Shown: piece after piece, positions 18,074 through 28,631 of the stretch
Numbering within the stretch: the stretch's first letter is position 1
How the letters are laid out: each line of letters opens with the position of its first letter
Assembly: GCA_963712275.1 (NCBI GenBank)
Contig: CAVQHD010000001.1
Span: forward strand, 1,120,001 to 1,184,000
Length of the DNA stretch: 64,000 bases
Origin: an uncultured Rhabdochlamydiaceae bacterium
GTDB lineage: Bacteria; Chlamydiota; Chlamydiia; Chlamydiales; Rhabdochlamydiaceae
Direction of reading: 5' to 3'
Notes under the pieces: model-generated
Seen by the model: the letters and a program-made list of their open reading frames with translations, nothing else
Told to the model about the DNA's origin: nothing
Database searches by the model: none
Made by a program: the position numbers and the translations under genes

Positions 18074-19986
18074 TTAGAAATATGGTCAAGTATCTCATCC
18101 TAGGGACAAAAGAAGCTACCGATCATTTTTTTGCTTTAGCGCAAGAGCAAGGTTTTTTAGAATTTATCACGATTTCCCAAAAAAAATCCGCTGAAACGCC
18201 TGCCACGATTCAAAACTTGCTTCGAGCGATCAAAATCCTTAAAAAACAACCCCTCGTTGAACCTTATCGCGCAGTAGGCGACCTTGTTCTTGCGATACAA
18301 CTTGCTGAAAGAGTTGTTGAATTGAAAGAATCTCTTGAGAAGCTGCAGGAGGAAAAAAGGTTGCTTGAGGCTGAAAAGGTGCGTGTTGCACCCTTTGGCT
18401 ATTTTTCAATGGATGAGATCGCTGAAATTGAAAAAAGAGGAAAACGAAAAATCCAATTTTTCTGCCGCAGGGCATCACAAGAACCCGTTTTAGAAGAGCT
18501 GATTTATATCGGGACAGAATACGATCTTGATTATTTTATCTCGATTAGTAAAGAACTCATCGCTCCTCAAGAAATGATCGAGATGCGTATTGACGCTCCC
18601 TTCAATGAAATCCAGAATCGACTCGATTTTGTCGTGGATGCCATTGATCGATTTGAACATGACCTCAAGCAGCAAGCCACGTATCTCCGATTTTTTCAAG
18701 ATATTTTAATCGAAGAGCTCAACGACTACCATCTTCAGGCCGCTAAAAAAGAAGTCTCTTATCCTCTTGAAAATTCCCTCTTTTTTATCCAAGTATGGCT
18801 TCCGGAAAATAAGGTCTCAAATCTCTATGGGTTGATCGATGGGATGCAGATTCATGCAGAGCCGGTTGCTTTAGATCCTGACGATCGGATCCCGACATGC
18901 CTTGACAATCGTGGCACCGATTTAATTGGGGAAGACCTCATCAAAATCTACGATATTCCAGCGACAACAGATCGAGATCCTTCTCGATGGGTCCTCTGGT
19001 TTTTTGCTCTTTTTTTTGCAGTCATTGTCGGAGACGGAGGGTATGGAATGTTATTTCTTGCCCTTGCTTTCTATCTTAAAAAGAAATTTCCCCACCTTCA
19101 AGGGCAATACAAGCGACTCCTTCGACTTTTTGCCATTTTGTCAGGGGTCTGCGTTGTTTGGGGGGTCGCTACCTCTTCCTATTTTGGCCTCAAGCTTTCC
19201 CCAGGCAGCCCGCTGGCCAAAATCTCTCCGCTTCATGCCCTTATCGTGCGCAAAGCTGATTACCATCGTGCGGCGCATGATGAAGTCTATCAATTGTGGC
19301 GTGAAAAATTTCCGGCGATTGAAAAAGCCACTTCTGGAGAAGAGATGCTCCAAAGTGCATTTGTGCAGAAAAAGAAAGTCATTTCTTACCCTATTGTAGA
19401 TGAGTTTACAGGAAATATCATCTTGGAATTCACCCTCATTTTAGGAATCATTCACATCAGCCTGTCCTTTCTTCGATACCTACCGAGGCATATTGCGGGC
19501 CTTGGCTGGGTCGTTTTTATGATCGGAGGGTATCTCTTTTTCCCATCGATGCTAAATGCAACTACAATCCCCGAATTTATGGGATGGATTTCCAAATCCA
19601 TTGCTTCAGCTTTTGGTCTTCAATGCCTGTTTGGCGGACTTGGGTTTGCCCTTTTTGCCGCTGTGATCCAACACCGTCTGAAGGGACTTGGTGAAATTGC
19701 CAATATGGTGCAGGTCTTTTCCGACGTCCTCTCCTACCTGCGTCTTTATGCGCTGGGCCTGGCCGGATCCATCATGGCTAGCACCTTTAATCAAGAGGGG
19801 TCAGCCCTCGGTTTATTTGTCGGCTTTGTCGTTATCCTTGCAGGGCATGGAATTAATATGTTGCTAAGCCTTATGGGGGGAGTTATCCACGGGCTTCGTC
19901 TTAATTTCCTCGAGTGGTATCATTACTCCTTTACCGGTGGGGGCAAGCTGTTTCAACCTCTACACAAATTAAGGGCCCGGCAATGA
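18070..19986 (+). CDS. atpI: V-type ATP synthase subunit I (last codons supplied by an inserted palindromic element)
   Basis: GDGGYG, SDVLSYLRLYALGLA, IHGLRLNFLEW motifs. Confidence 0.95.
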   Translation: MIRNMVKYLILGTKEATDHFFALAQEQGFLEFITISQKKSAETPATIQNLLRAIKILKKQPLVEPYRAVGDLVLAIQLAERVVELKESLEKLQEEKRLLEAEKVRVAPFGYFSMDEIAEIEKRGKRKIQFFCRRASQEPVLEELIYIGTEYDLDYFISISKELIAPQEMIEMRIDAPFNEIQNRLDFVVDAIDRFEHDLKQQATYLRFFQDILIEELNDYHLQAAKKEVSYPLENSLFFIQVWLPENKVSNLYGLIDGMQIHAEPVALDPDDRIPTCLDNRGTDLIGEDLIKIYDIPATTDRDPSRWVLWFFALFFAVIVGDGGYGMLFLALAFYLKKKFPHLQGQYKRLLRLFAILSGVCVVWGVATSSYFGLKLSPGSPLAKISPLHALIVRKADYHRAAHDEVYQLWREKFPAIEKATSGEEMLQSAFVQKKKVISYPIVDEFTGNIILEFTLILGIIHISLSFLRYLPRHIAGLGWVVFMIGGYLFFPSMLNATTIPEFMGWISKSIASAFGLQCLFGGLGFALFAAVIQHRLKGLGEIANMVQVFSDVLSYLRLYALGLAGSIMASTFNQEGSALGLFVGFVVILAGHGINMLLSLMGGVIHGLRLNFLEWYHYSFTGGGKLFQPLHKLRARQ

Positions 19987-20136
19987 ATAACTTTCTCATC
20001 TTAAACCGCGCGAAAGCTCTCGCGATTGAGTTGTCGGAGAGGGGGGAAGTATCGATGAATACACCCCCCCTCTCCGACAACTCAATCCCGGGGCTTTGGC
20101 GCGGTTTAAGATGGGAAGTTATTCATTGCCGGGCCC
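19973..20136. mobile_element. 164-bp palindromic MITE/RPE-like element with TAA target duplication, inserted in the atpI 3' end
   Basis: Perfect terminal arms GGGCCCGGCAATGAATAACT / AGTTATTCATTGCCGGGCCC. Inner arms GATTGAGTTGTCGGAGAGGGGGG / CCCCCCTCTCCGACAACTCAATC. TAA at 19970-72 and 20137-39. Confidence 0.85.
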
Positions 20137-20168
20137 TAAAGCTTAAAAAAGAATCATAGGAGAAGATT

Positions 20169-20594
20169 ATGAATTATGACATGATAGGACCTGCCCTTGT
20201 TCTCGGGCTTGGTTGTATTGGAAGTTCAATTGGATGTGGAATCGGAGGAATGGCATCTCATGCTGTGATGAGCCGTGTCGAGACGAACCATGGACCCTTC
20301 ATTGGAATGTCTGCGATGGCAGCTTCTCAGTCGATTTACGGATTTGTTCTCATGCTCTTAATGAGAGATAGTATTCGAGCAGGGACGCTTTCTGCTCTCT
20401 CCAGTATTGGAATCGGCCTTTCTGTGGGACTTGCGCTCCTTTTTTCGTCAGTCTATCAAGGAATGTGCGCCGCATCTGGCATTCAGGCCTCTGCCAAGCA
20501 ACCTGCCATCATTGGAAAGTGTTTTGCAGCACTTGGAATCGTAGAGTCATTTTCTCTCTTTGCGTTTGTCTTTGCTCTTCTCCTGATTTACTAG
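20169..20594 (+). CDS. atpK: V-type ATP synthase subunit K (c-ring)
   Basis: Four hydrophobic helices with SQSIYG, YQG and IVES ion-binding motifs. Confidence 0.93.
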   Translation: MNYDMIGPALVLGLGCIGSSIGCGIGGMASHAVMSRVETNHGPFIGMSAMAASQSIYGFVLMLLMRDSIRAGTLSALSSIGIGLSVGLALLFSSVYQGMCAASGIQASAKQPAIIGKCFAALGIVESFSLFAFVFALLLIY

Positions 20595-20670
20595 AGCAAT
20601 CTCTAAGACAGCTTCTAAGTATTTGTATCTACAAAACAATAGGATTCGGTATAAAGTTTAATATAAAGAA

Positions 20671-20716
20671 GGAATTGCAAACTTGCTTTGGAAGCCAAAT
20701 TGGAGTTTGCAATTCC
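20671..20716. repeat. Inverted repeat GGAATTGCAAACT..AGTTTGCAATTCC upstream of putP
   Basis: 13-bp perfect arms with an inner TTTGG/CCAAA stem. Confidence 0.65.
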
Positions 20717-20740
20717 CTCTAGAGCTTGGAGAGAAATTGC

Positions 20741-22177
20741 GTGTATACTTTTGAGTTGTCGGCGATGGTGATTTATTTCATGATTTTGCTGGCCATTGGT
20801 TATTTTTCATATCGAAAAATTGCATCAGATACAGATTTTATCCTTGGAAGCCGGTCATTGAACTATTGGCTCACAGCGCTCGCAGCTCATGCCAGCGACA
20901 TGAGCAGCTGGCTTTTTTTAGCCTATCCTGCCACCGTTTTTTCCCAAGGGCTGCTTGGGGTTTGGGTTGCAATTGGACTCGCCATTTGCATGTACCTCAA
21001 TTGGCAGTGGATTGCTCCAAAAATCCGCGTGGCAACAGAGCAGTTTAACAGCTTAACGTTTTCTTCCTTTTTTGAAAGCCGTCTTGGAGATACCTCAGGC
21101 TTAATTCGGTTGTTCTCTGCGCTGATCTTGATTGTCTTTTACACCATTTATATCTCGGCTGGTTTAACAGGACTTGGAGATCTTCTCATGTCTCTTTTTA
21201 ACATGAATTACGGAGTGGCAATTATCCTGGGGATTTTAGTGGTGATTCCCTATGTTTTCACAGGGGGGTATGTGACACTGGCGTGGATCGATTTATTTCA
21301 AGGGTGCTTTTTACTCCTCGTTATCTTGTTTGTCCCTTTCTATTTACTTGGAGGAGTGGGTGGATTTCCTGGAATTTCTCATAGCATGGATATACACCAT
21401 CTGTCGAAATCATTTTTCCCCGATTTTTCTGGGGCGACATGGATTTCGATCATTTCGATGACGCTGGGATGGGGTCTTGGATATTTTGGGCAGCCTCATA
21501 TTGTGACAAAATTCATGGGGATTCGCAACGTCTCTGAAATTTCGAGATCAAAGTGGATTGGGATGAGTTGGATGACTCTTTCTTTAGGGGCTGCAACGCT
21601 TGTAGGGCTTGTGGGCATCCCTTTTTTTGATGCAAAGCTCGCTGATCCAGAACAAATCTTTATTAAGATGGTACAAGCCTCCTTTCATCCTTTTGTTGTT
21701 GGATTCGTGCTTTGTGCTGTTCTTGCAGCTACAATTAATGCGATGAGCTCTCAGGTGCTCGTTTTAAGTTCCAGCTTAACCGAAGATTTTTATAAAAGAT
21801 TTTTCCGTCCAAAGGCCTCTTCAAAAGAGCTTTTATTTGTCTCAAGGAGTGGAGTCATTGTCGCTGGACTTGTCGCTTTCTTGATTGCCTACCAAAAAAC
21901 CAGTACGATTTACGACCTCGTTGAATATGCTTGGTCAGGAATTGGGTCTTCCTTTGGGCCTCTTGTGATCCTTGCGCTCTACTCGGAAAAAGTGAATAAA
22001 TTTGGCGCTTGGGCGGGAATTGTAGGAGGAGGAGTAATTGCTGCCTTTTGGCCGCTTGTTAACAAATTCCTTCCACACCCTATCTCTCCTATGCTGCCAG
22101 GCTTTTTTTTAGGACTTCTTTTGATTGTGCTAGTCTCAGATTTAACAAGGCAAAAACATCAACCTAGAGTAAGATAA
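20741..22177 (+). CDS. putP: Sodium/proline symporter (SSS family)
   Basis: ALAAHASDMSSWL, WGLGYFGQPHI, YAWSGIGSSFGP. Start GTG 20741 or nearby. Confidence 0.9.
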   Translation: MYTFELSAMVIYFMILLAIGYFSYRKIASDTDFILGSRSLNYWLTALAAHASDMSSWLFLAYPATVFSQGLLGVWVAIGLAICMYLNWQWIAPKIRVATEQFNSLTFSSFFESRLGDTSGLIRLFSALILIVFYTIYISAGLTGLGDLLMSLFNMNYGVAIILGILVVIPYVFTGGYVTLAWIDLFQGCFLLLVILFVPFYLLGGVGGFPGISHSMDIHHLSKSFFPDFSGATWISIISMTLGWGLGYFGQPHIVTKFMGIRNVSEISRSKWIGMSWMTLSLGAATLVGLVGIPFFDAKLADPEQIFIKMVQASFHPFVVGFVLCAVLAATINAMSSQVLVLSSSLTEDFYKRFFRPKASSKELLFVSRSGVIVAGLVAFLIAYQKTSTIYDLVEYAWSGIGSSFGPLVILALYSEKVNKFGAWAGIVGGGVIAAFWPLVNKFLPHPISPMLPGFFLGLLLIVLVSDLTRQKHQPRVR

Positions 22178-23010
22178 TGAGTATGAACAAAAGACCCAAC
22201 ATCTTACTTACAAATGACGACGGCATTCATGCTCCAGGGATTCGTGCCTTATGGGAAGCAATTGCGCACGATGCAGATGTCATGATTGTGGCCCCCTCCG
22301 ACGATGCCTCAGGCTCTGGGGTTGGCATCACTCTCAAAAACCCTTTACGTAAAGAGGCTGTTAACTGGCCTCCAAAAGCACTTCAAGAGACCCAACAAGA
22401 GACAGGAGAGGCAAGAGCATGGAAAGTCAGCGGCAAGCCGGCAGACTGCGTGAAATTAGGATTAAAAGCTTTTCTGCCAGAAAAGCCCGATCTTATTTTA
22501 TCGGGAATCAATCGAGGCTCCAACTCTGGTAGAACAATCTTTTATAGTGGCACAGTCGGTGGTGTTATTGAAGGAGCCTTAAGACAAGTTCCTGGGATTG
22601 CCTTTTCATGTGAAGATGATGTAGAGCCCGATTATCTTGCTCTAAAGCCCTACCTCCTTCCCATCATCGAGCATACACTTAGACACCCGCTCCCTTCAGG
22701 AACAATTTTAAATGTTAATTTTCCTTACGCTTCTAAGCCCATTCAGGGGATCAAACTTGCCCGGCAAGGCCGAGGATTTATGAATGATAATCTAGACCAG
22801 CGGCTTCATCCGACAGACGGAACCCATTATTTTTGGCTCGGAGGAAAATGGGAGCATTATGAAGAGCCTCATGATAGTGACGTTACTCTCTTAACCCAAG
22901 GATATATCACTGCTGTTCCTATTCATATCGAGGAGCTGACTCACCACTCCCATCTCAAGGAACATCGAACAGCATTTGAAAGCTCCCTTAACCATCTTTT
23001 TAAGAAGTAA
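22177..23010 (+). CDS. surE: 5'/3'-nucleotidase SurE
   Basis: ILLTNDDGIHAPGI, GKPADCV, SGINRGSN, YSGTVG. Confidence 0.96.
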   Translation: MSMNKRPNILLTNDDGIHAPGIRALWEAIAHDADVMIVAPSDDASGSGVGITLKNPLRKEAVNWPPKALQETQQETGEARAWKVSGKPADCVKLGLKAFLPEKPDLILSGINRGSNSGRTIFYSGTVGGVIEGALRQVPGIAFSCEDDVEPDYLALKPYLLPIIEHTLRHPLPSGTILNVNFPYASKPIQGIKLARQGRGFMNDNLDQRLHPTDGTHYFWLGGKWEHYEEPHDSDVTLLTQGYITAVPIHIEELTHHSHLKEHRTAFESSLNHLFKK

Positions 23011-23022
23011 AAGGAGATTCCC

Positions 23023-24477
23023 ATGAAACTGATTGCAATACTTGCTGCATCTCTTCTGCTTGCCTCTGCTCCCATACCGAAAGAGCCAACCTCTGCAGCC
23101 TGTTGTGGAATGGACGGCAATTCTTGCTGTCTTTGCAGTGCTAAAAGCTTTTCAAAGATTTTCTCCGCCGTTGCTAAAAAGGCAACGCCTGCTGCTGTCT
23201 TCATTCGAGTTGAAATCAACCCTGCCGATAATGAAAATTTTGGATATTCAGACCCTTATGCAAATCCGTTTGGAGATGAGTTTTTCAACAGATTTTTTGG
23301 ACTTCAGCCGGGGCGTCCTTCGCAACCGCAGCCGCAGGTTGGACAGGGGTCGGGGTTTCTTGTTGCTGCAGATGGTTATATTATGACTAATAACCATGTG
23401 ATTCGGGGAGCGGATAAAATTGAAGTGACGTTAAATGACGGTCAGGTACGGTCGGCAACACTTGTTGGAACCGATCCTAGAACAGATCTTGCCATCATCA
23501 AAATTGAAAAAATCGATAATCAAGATTACCCTTATCTTGAGCTGGGCAATTCCGAAAATTTAGAGGTAGCAGAGTGGGTAATTGCCATTGGAAGCCCTTT
23601 TCAACTGCAGGCTTCTGTCACGGTGGGTGTTGTCAGCGCGAAAGGAAGGCAAGGGCTTAAGATTTCCGATCAGGAAGATTTTATCCAAACCGACGCAGCG
23701 ATCAATCCTGGAAACTCTGGAGGGCCTCTTCTTAACCTGGATGGAGAGGTGATTGGAATTAATACGGCGATTGCTTCTCGGAGTGGTGGCTATATGGGAA
23801 TTGGATTTGCCATCCCTAGTAACATGGCCCGTTATGTCATGAATCAACTCATTCAAAAAGGGAGTGTCACTCGAGGGTTTTTGGGGATTACTTTTCAGCC
23901 GGTGGATAAAGAAATCGCTCTAGGGTTCAATCTTTCTAAGGCCGAGGGTATTTTAATCACCTCTGTTGAAGAAGGATCTCCTGCCGAGAAAGTCGGATTG
24001 AAACGGGGCGACATTATTTTAGAGCTCGATGGTAAGCCCATCAAATCTCCGGAAACATTCCGTATTCAAATTTCAATGATGGATCCTGGTAGAGAAACAA
24101 AGCTAAAAGTCTATCGAAAAGGAGAATCGTTCGATCTTTCGGTCAAATTGGGTTCTCTCTCGGAAGCATCGATGGCTCCCGCGGTTGTAACACAAAAATT
24201 GGGTGTTGAGGTTGAAAATTTAACAACAGAGCTTGCCCGTCAGTTAGGATATTCGCTTTCAGAAGAAGGGGTTATCATTACCAAAGTTAAACCGGGATCT
24301 CCTGCGGCTAAAGCAGGACTTCGCCCAGGCTACCTTGTACAAGCGGTTAACCATAAGAAGGTTTCAAATACAGAAGATTATGAAGAAGCCATCTCTGAGA
24401 CAGCTCAAAACAAAATAATTATTTTACTTGTCAAATATGGAAAAGTCACTCGCTTCTACTCAATCCGCATTGAGTGA
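23023..24477 (+). CDS. htrA: Periplasmic serine protease HtrA/DegP with two PDZ domains
   Basis: GSGF, TNNHV, TDLA, IQTDAAINPGNSGGPL; two PDZ domains; Cys-rich segment after the signal peptide. Confidence 0.95.
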   Translation: MKLIAILAASLLLASAPIPKEPTSAACCGMDGNSCCLCSAKSFSKIFSAVAKKATPAAVFIRVEINPADNENFGYSDPYANPFGDEFFNRFFGLQPGRPSQPQPQVGQGSGFLVAADGYIMTNNHVIRGADKIEVTLNDGQVRSATLVGTDPRTDLAIIKIEKIDNQDYPYLELGNSENLEVAEWVIAIGSPFQLQASVTVGVVSAKGRQGLKISDQEDFIQTDAAINPGNSGGPLLNLDGEVIGINTAIASRSGGYMGIGFAIPSNMARYVMNQLIQKGSVTRGFLGITFQPVDKEIALGFNLSKAEGILITSVEEGSPAEKVGLKRGDIILELDGKPIKSPETFRIQISMMDPGRETKLKVYRKGESFDLSVKLGSLSEASMAPAVVTQKLGVEVENLTTELARQLGYSLSEEGVIITKVKPGSPAAKAGLRPGYLVQAVNHKKVSNTEDYEEAISETAQNKIIILLVKYGKVTRFYSIRIE

Positions 24478-24496
24478 ATTCCTTTGAAAGAGGGCT

Positions 24497-24526
24497 TTAT
24501 ACTCCGATCTATAGATCGGAGTATAA
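24497..24526. repeat. Perfect 30-bp palindrome after htrA (terminator or collapsed element)
   Basis: TTATACTCCGATCTATAGATCGGAGTATAA is its own reverse complement. Confidence 0.75.
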
Positions 24527-24571
24527 CTGCTCGCTTTGTAGGTTCGATAATTCAAATTAGAAGGAGACCCT

Positions 24572-27322
24572 GTGTCAAAGACATTAGCCCTATTTTTCTC
24601 TTCCTTGATCCCTTTTTCATTATTTAGTAATTCATACACAGTATCGAGTCCTGCTGATACAGGAGCTGGAACACTCCGTCAAGCCATTCTCGACTCAAAT
24701 ACCAACGGAGGATCAAATACCATTAATATTAATTCTGGCCTAGGAACCATTACACTTGCCAGCTCACTACCCATTATTACGAATCAGGCCACCATCGTCG
24801 GCCCTGCGACGCCTCAAGTGCTTAATGCCAATGGCTATCGCGCCTTTTTCTTTTACAGTCCCTTTTTAACTCTAACTCCAATCAGTATCAGCAATGTTAC
24901 TATCCAACAGGGCAATGTAACGGGAGGCTCTGGAGCAAATTCTGCTCTCGTAGGAGCTGGGGGAGGGGGAGGCGCTGGATTAGGAGGCGCTGTATTTGTT
25001 CCCCCAGGAGCGACAGCAACGCTTCAAAATATAACTTTCACCTCTAATACCGCAGTTGGCGGATCTGGCGGTACTGGCCAAGCTTCTCTTCTTGGTAATG
25101 CTGGAGGAGGAGGAGGAGGCCTTTTTGGAAATGGAGGAACAGGTGGAATATCTTACCCGATATCGGTTCATGGTGGAGGAGGGGGATTGCAAGGTAACGG
25201 AGGAAATGCGACAGCAAGTGAGGTTGAGGAAGTCAATCAAGGCGGAGGGGGAGGAGGGTTCACTGGAAATGGGGCTGATCGTTCAGCAGGAGGCACCGGA
25301 GGTGCACCGAATGGAGGAGCAGGGGCGTTCAATGGCGCTAATGGAGGGCCTGGAGGAGGAGGAGGAGGTTTTTTCTCTGCATCCCCTCCCCCAACAAATA
25401 AAGGAACTGGAGGAAGTGGAGGAGATGGAGGCGGCGGCGGAGGTGGTTATGGTTTTCAGAATGAGGATGGTGTCCTTACAGGGAGATCTCCTTCGTCTAA
25501 TGGAGGATTTGGAGGAGGCGGAGGTGGTATCTTGACCGGCACGCCTGACGGGGTTGTTGGGCAAGGAGGCTTTGGAGGTGGTGGCGGAGGTCGTGGACAG
25601 GACCTTCCTGACATAGGAAATACAATTTCAGGTGGTTTTGGAGGTGGAGGAGGGGGAGGAGACCCCAACGCTTCTACTCGCCTTGGAGGGTTTGGAGGAG
25701 GTAATTCAACAGATTATGGAGCAGGTGGAGGCGCTGGCTTGGGCGGAGCGCTCTTTATTCCTAACACCTCTTCTGTATTGCTTGTAGATCCGAGCTTTAG
25801 CAGCAATTCTGCGATAGGAGGGGTGGGAGGCTCGCCAGGCGGAAATAATGGCTCAGGTATTGGCCAAGATATTTTCTTGATGTCAGGGGGGACTTTGGAG
25901 TTTAATCTTTCAGCAGCGCTCATTTTTCCATCACCGATTGAAAGCGATCAAGGTGCAGGCGGGGGAACCGGCGGCGGGCTCATTAAATCGGGAGCAGGCC
26001 TTCTGGATTTTTCTACAAACAATCTTGCAAATACATACACAGGCGGAACAACCATTAACAACGGCACTTTGAAAATAGCAAGTGATGGCAACCTAGGGGA
26101 CTCTAGCGGGCCTGTGACTTTAGGAAATGGAACGTTGGAAATCACTACGAATAGTTTTACCATCAGCAGAACAACCACGCTCACGGGAAATGCAACCATT
26201 ACAGTTGATACAGGAGTCACAACGACTTGGGCAAGTGGAATCACGGGTACAGGCACATTCACAACACAAGGACAAGGAACACTGATTTTAACCGGATCAA
26301 ATTCCTACTTAGGAGCAACAACCGTTTCATCGGGAGCTCTTCAAGCGGGGGCTATAAATACATTTTCACCTCAATCTTCTAGTTTTACAGTGAACACCTT
26401 TCTTAATTTGAATAGCTTTAATCAATCGATTACTCAATTATTAGGATCTGGAACTGTCGCTTTGGGGAGTGCCACTTTAACGATAGGAAGCGACAACAGT
26501 TCGCCCACTTTTTTAGGGATGATCAGCGGAAACGGAGGGTTAACAAAGGTCGGCACAGGGGTCTTCACTTTATCTGGATTATCTGGAAACAACGCCTATG
26601 GTGGAGCAACAATCGTCTCTGGCGGCACCTTGCGAGCCGGAGTAGCGAACATCTTTTCCCCCAATTCTGCGTTCACAGTCAATACGACTTTAGATCTCAA
26701 TGGTCTTGATCAAACGATCGCCGGCTTATCTGGAGCTGGCACGGTGACTTTGGAAACCGGTACACTCTCAGTAGGAAATAGCGGCAACCCCTCTACGTTT
26801 CAAGGAATGATCCAAGGAACAACCGGAGGATTAACAAAAGAGGGCTCAGGAACGTTCACTCTAGCTGGCACCAGTGCCTATTCAGGAGCAACGACTGTTT
26901 CTGACGGAACCCTGCAAGCGGGAGCGACGAACGCCTTTTCCCCTAATTCTGCGTTCACAGTCAACGCTGCTCTTAGTCTCAATGGTTTGAATCAATCCAT
27001 CGCGAATCTAAATGGGTCTGGCATGGTCCTTTTGGGAGCTGGGACCTTAACCTTCGGAAGCGATAACAATCCCTCCGCCTTTTCAGGGATGATCAACGGA
27101 TCCGGGGGTTTGACCAAGGTCGGAACAGGGGTTTTCACTTTAAGCGGTCTTAGTAATATGTATAGCGGAGCCACAATTGTTGCTGCTGGGACGTTTCAAG
27201 CTGGAGCCATAAATACCTTTTCTCTACTTTCTCCGATTGCAGTCGGTGGCACTTTAGACCTCAATAGTTTGAATCAATCGATTGCTAACTTAACTGGAGC
27301 TGGCTTAGTCAGGGCCTTCTGA
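24572..27322 (+). pseudogene. Autotransporter adhesin, 5' fragment (Gly-rich passenger plus autotransporter-associated beta-strand repeats), interrupted by an IS
   Basis: Signal peptide, GTLRQAI, GGxGG-rich region, repeated GGLTKxGxGxxTLxG.N.Y.G.T units. The frame runs into the IS end and stops. Confidence 0.88.
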
Positions 27323-28624
27323 TGAAAAAGTTTTGACAGATTACCTCACAAATATCTTGCCTAAAATTCCTCTGAGATATTTCGGCTCATAAGTGCAACA
27401 TTTTCGAGCAGTAGAGAATCCTCGGTCGGGGTCTATTGCTTTGATTATATTCATAGAAAGACGCCTAAAAAAAGCCATGTTTTCAGCTATGAACCCAGCT
27501 TTTGCTTGAGCATCGTCTTCCTTGAAGATTACATCCAAGACCCAATGCAAAGGATTTTCAATTGACCAATGACCTCGGGTCCATCCTGCAAATTCCTTTG
27601 CGGTGCCTTTTCGGCTTGAGAAGTAATATCGGATTTCGGAAGTCTTTTTACTATTTATCTCCCTTTCAGAGACTACTTCAACGATGGCCTTTAAGGCAGG
27701 CCAGGTTGCCGTTTGCGGCAACCAGTCCAATACTGTACATACGCATATCGATCGTTGTTCGATTCTACCGTGACCTTTTTCTGGAGAAGGAAGATACCTT
27801 TCCACTTCGACTTCTTCATATTCGGCTTCTCGAGCCTGATCGAAAAAATTCTGTGCTTCAGCATGGAAATTCCCCTGGTTTCCCTTGAGTCCAATCAGAT
27901 AATCAGCTCCATGATTTAAAAACTTTTGTGCACTTGCAACATGAGCAAAAAGGGCATCTGTCGAGATCAGGGCGCCATTTACATCTACGTCTTTCAACAA
28001 AGCATCAATTACTCTTGGCTCTGACGACTTATCTGGCACTTTTTCCTGGGCCAGTACAAGCCTTTGTTCGGCTGCAAATAACTCGACAAGGTGAACGAGA
28101 CTGTCTGTCGTAGAGACCCCCTTCAGACGTTTGCCGTCGATGACAAGTAGTTGGTCTTGTAATTGCTGAGGAATGTTCGCAAACCACTTTTTTAGCAATT
28201 GCTTAAAAACCCCTGGGGATAACCTTGCAAGAAGCCACCAGAGTGTATCATAGGAGGGCGCTGGGAAAGTCCGATTGACTGACTTGTTGATCCATTCAAT
28301 ATTGAGCTCGGCATAGACGGCAAGATCGGCCACAGTATCAGCTCCACTGAGATATCCGCTAAGAATGACCAACATCAAAAACCAAAACGGGTATTGGATC
28401 TTGGAAAGCTGCCTTGGGTCATCCGTATCTGGGAAAGCTCCTTGGACGGAGCCTGCAAATTGTTCTATATCAATGTCTTGTTTTAGTTCAGAAAATCGTG
28501 GGTCTCTGGTTTTTCGACTGGGCATATTCACTCTCCTATATCGGAGAGATGAAAACAAAAGACTTTGATTTATAGCCAAGAAAATTTTACGCGACTGTCA
28601 AAACTTTTTCATCAGAAGGCCCTG
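27310..28624 (-). mobile_element. ISAs1-family insertion sequence, 1315 bp
   Basis: Perfect 30-bp TIRs (CAGGGCCTTCTGATGAAAAAGTTTTGACAG at 27310-27339, reverse complement at 28595-28624). 9-bp TSD TGGCTTAGT at 27301-27309 and 28625-28633. Confidence 0.95.
27341..28525 (-). CDS. ISAs1-family DDE transposase
   Basis: DPR, PSYDT, IDGK, DYLIGLKGNQ, HGRIEQR, RGHWSIENPLHWVLDVIFKED. AGGAG RBS before ATG 28525. Confidence 0.95.
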   Translation of the reverse strand: MPSRKTRDPRFSELKQDIDIEQFAGSVQGAFPDTDDPRQLSKIQYPFWFLMLVILSGYLSGADTVADLAVYAELNIEWINKSVNRTFPAPSYDTLWWLLARLSPGVFKQLLKKWFANIPQQLQDQLLVIDGKRLKGVSTTDSLVHLVELFAAEQRLVLAQEKVPDKSSEPRVIDALLKDVDVNGALISTDALFAHVASAQKFLNHGADYLIGLKGNQGNFHAEAQNFFDQAREAEYEEVEVERYLPSPEKGHGRIEQRSICVCTVLDWLPQTATWPALKAIVEVVSEREINSKKTSEIRYYFSSRKGTAKEFAGWTRGHWSIENPLHWVLDVIFKEDDAQAKAGFIAENMAFFRRLSMNIIKAIDPDRGFSTARKCCTYEPKYLRGILGKIFVR

Positions 28625-28631
28625 TGGCTTA

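Noticed and set aside
25056..25535. 159-aa Glu-rich ORF and antisense Pro-rich ORFs
   Set aside because: They are alternate-frame shadows of GGA-rich glycine codons in the autotransporter.
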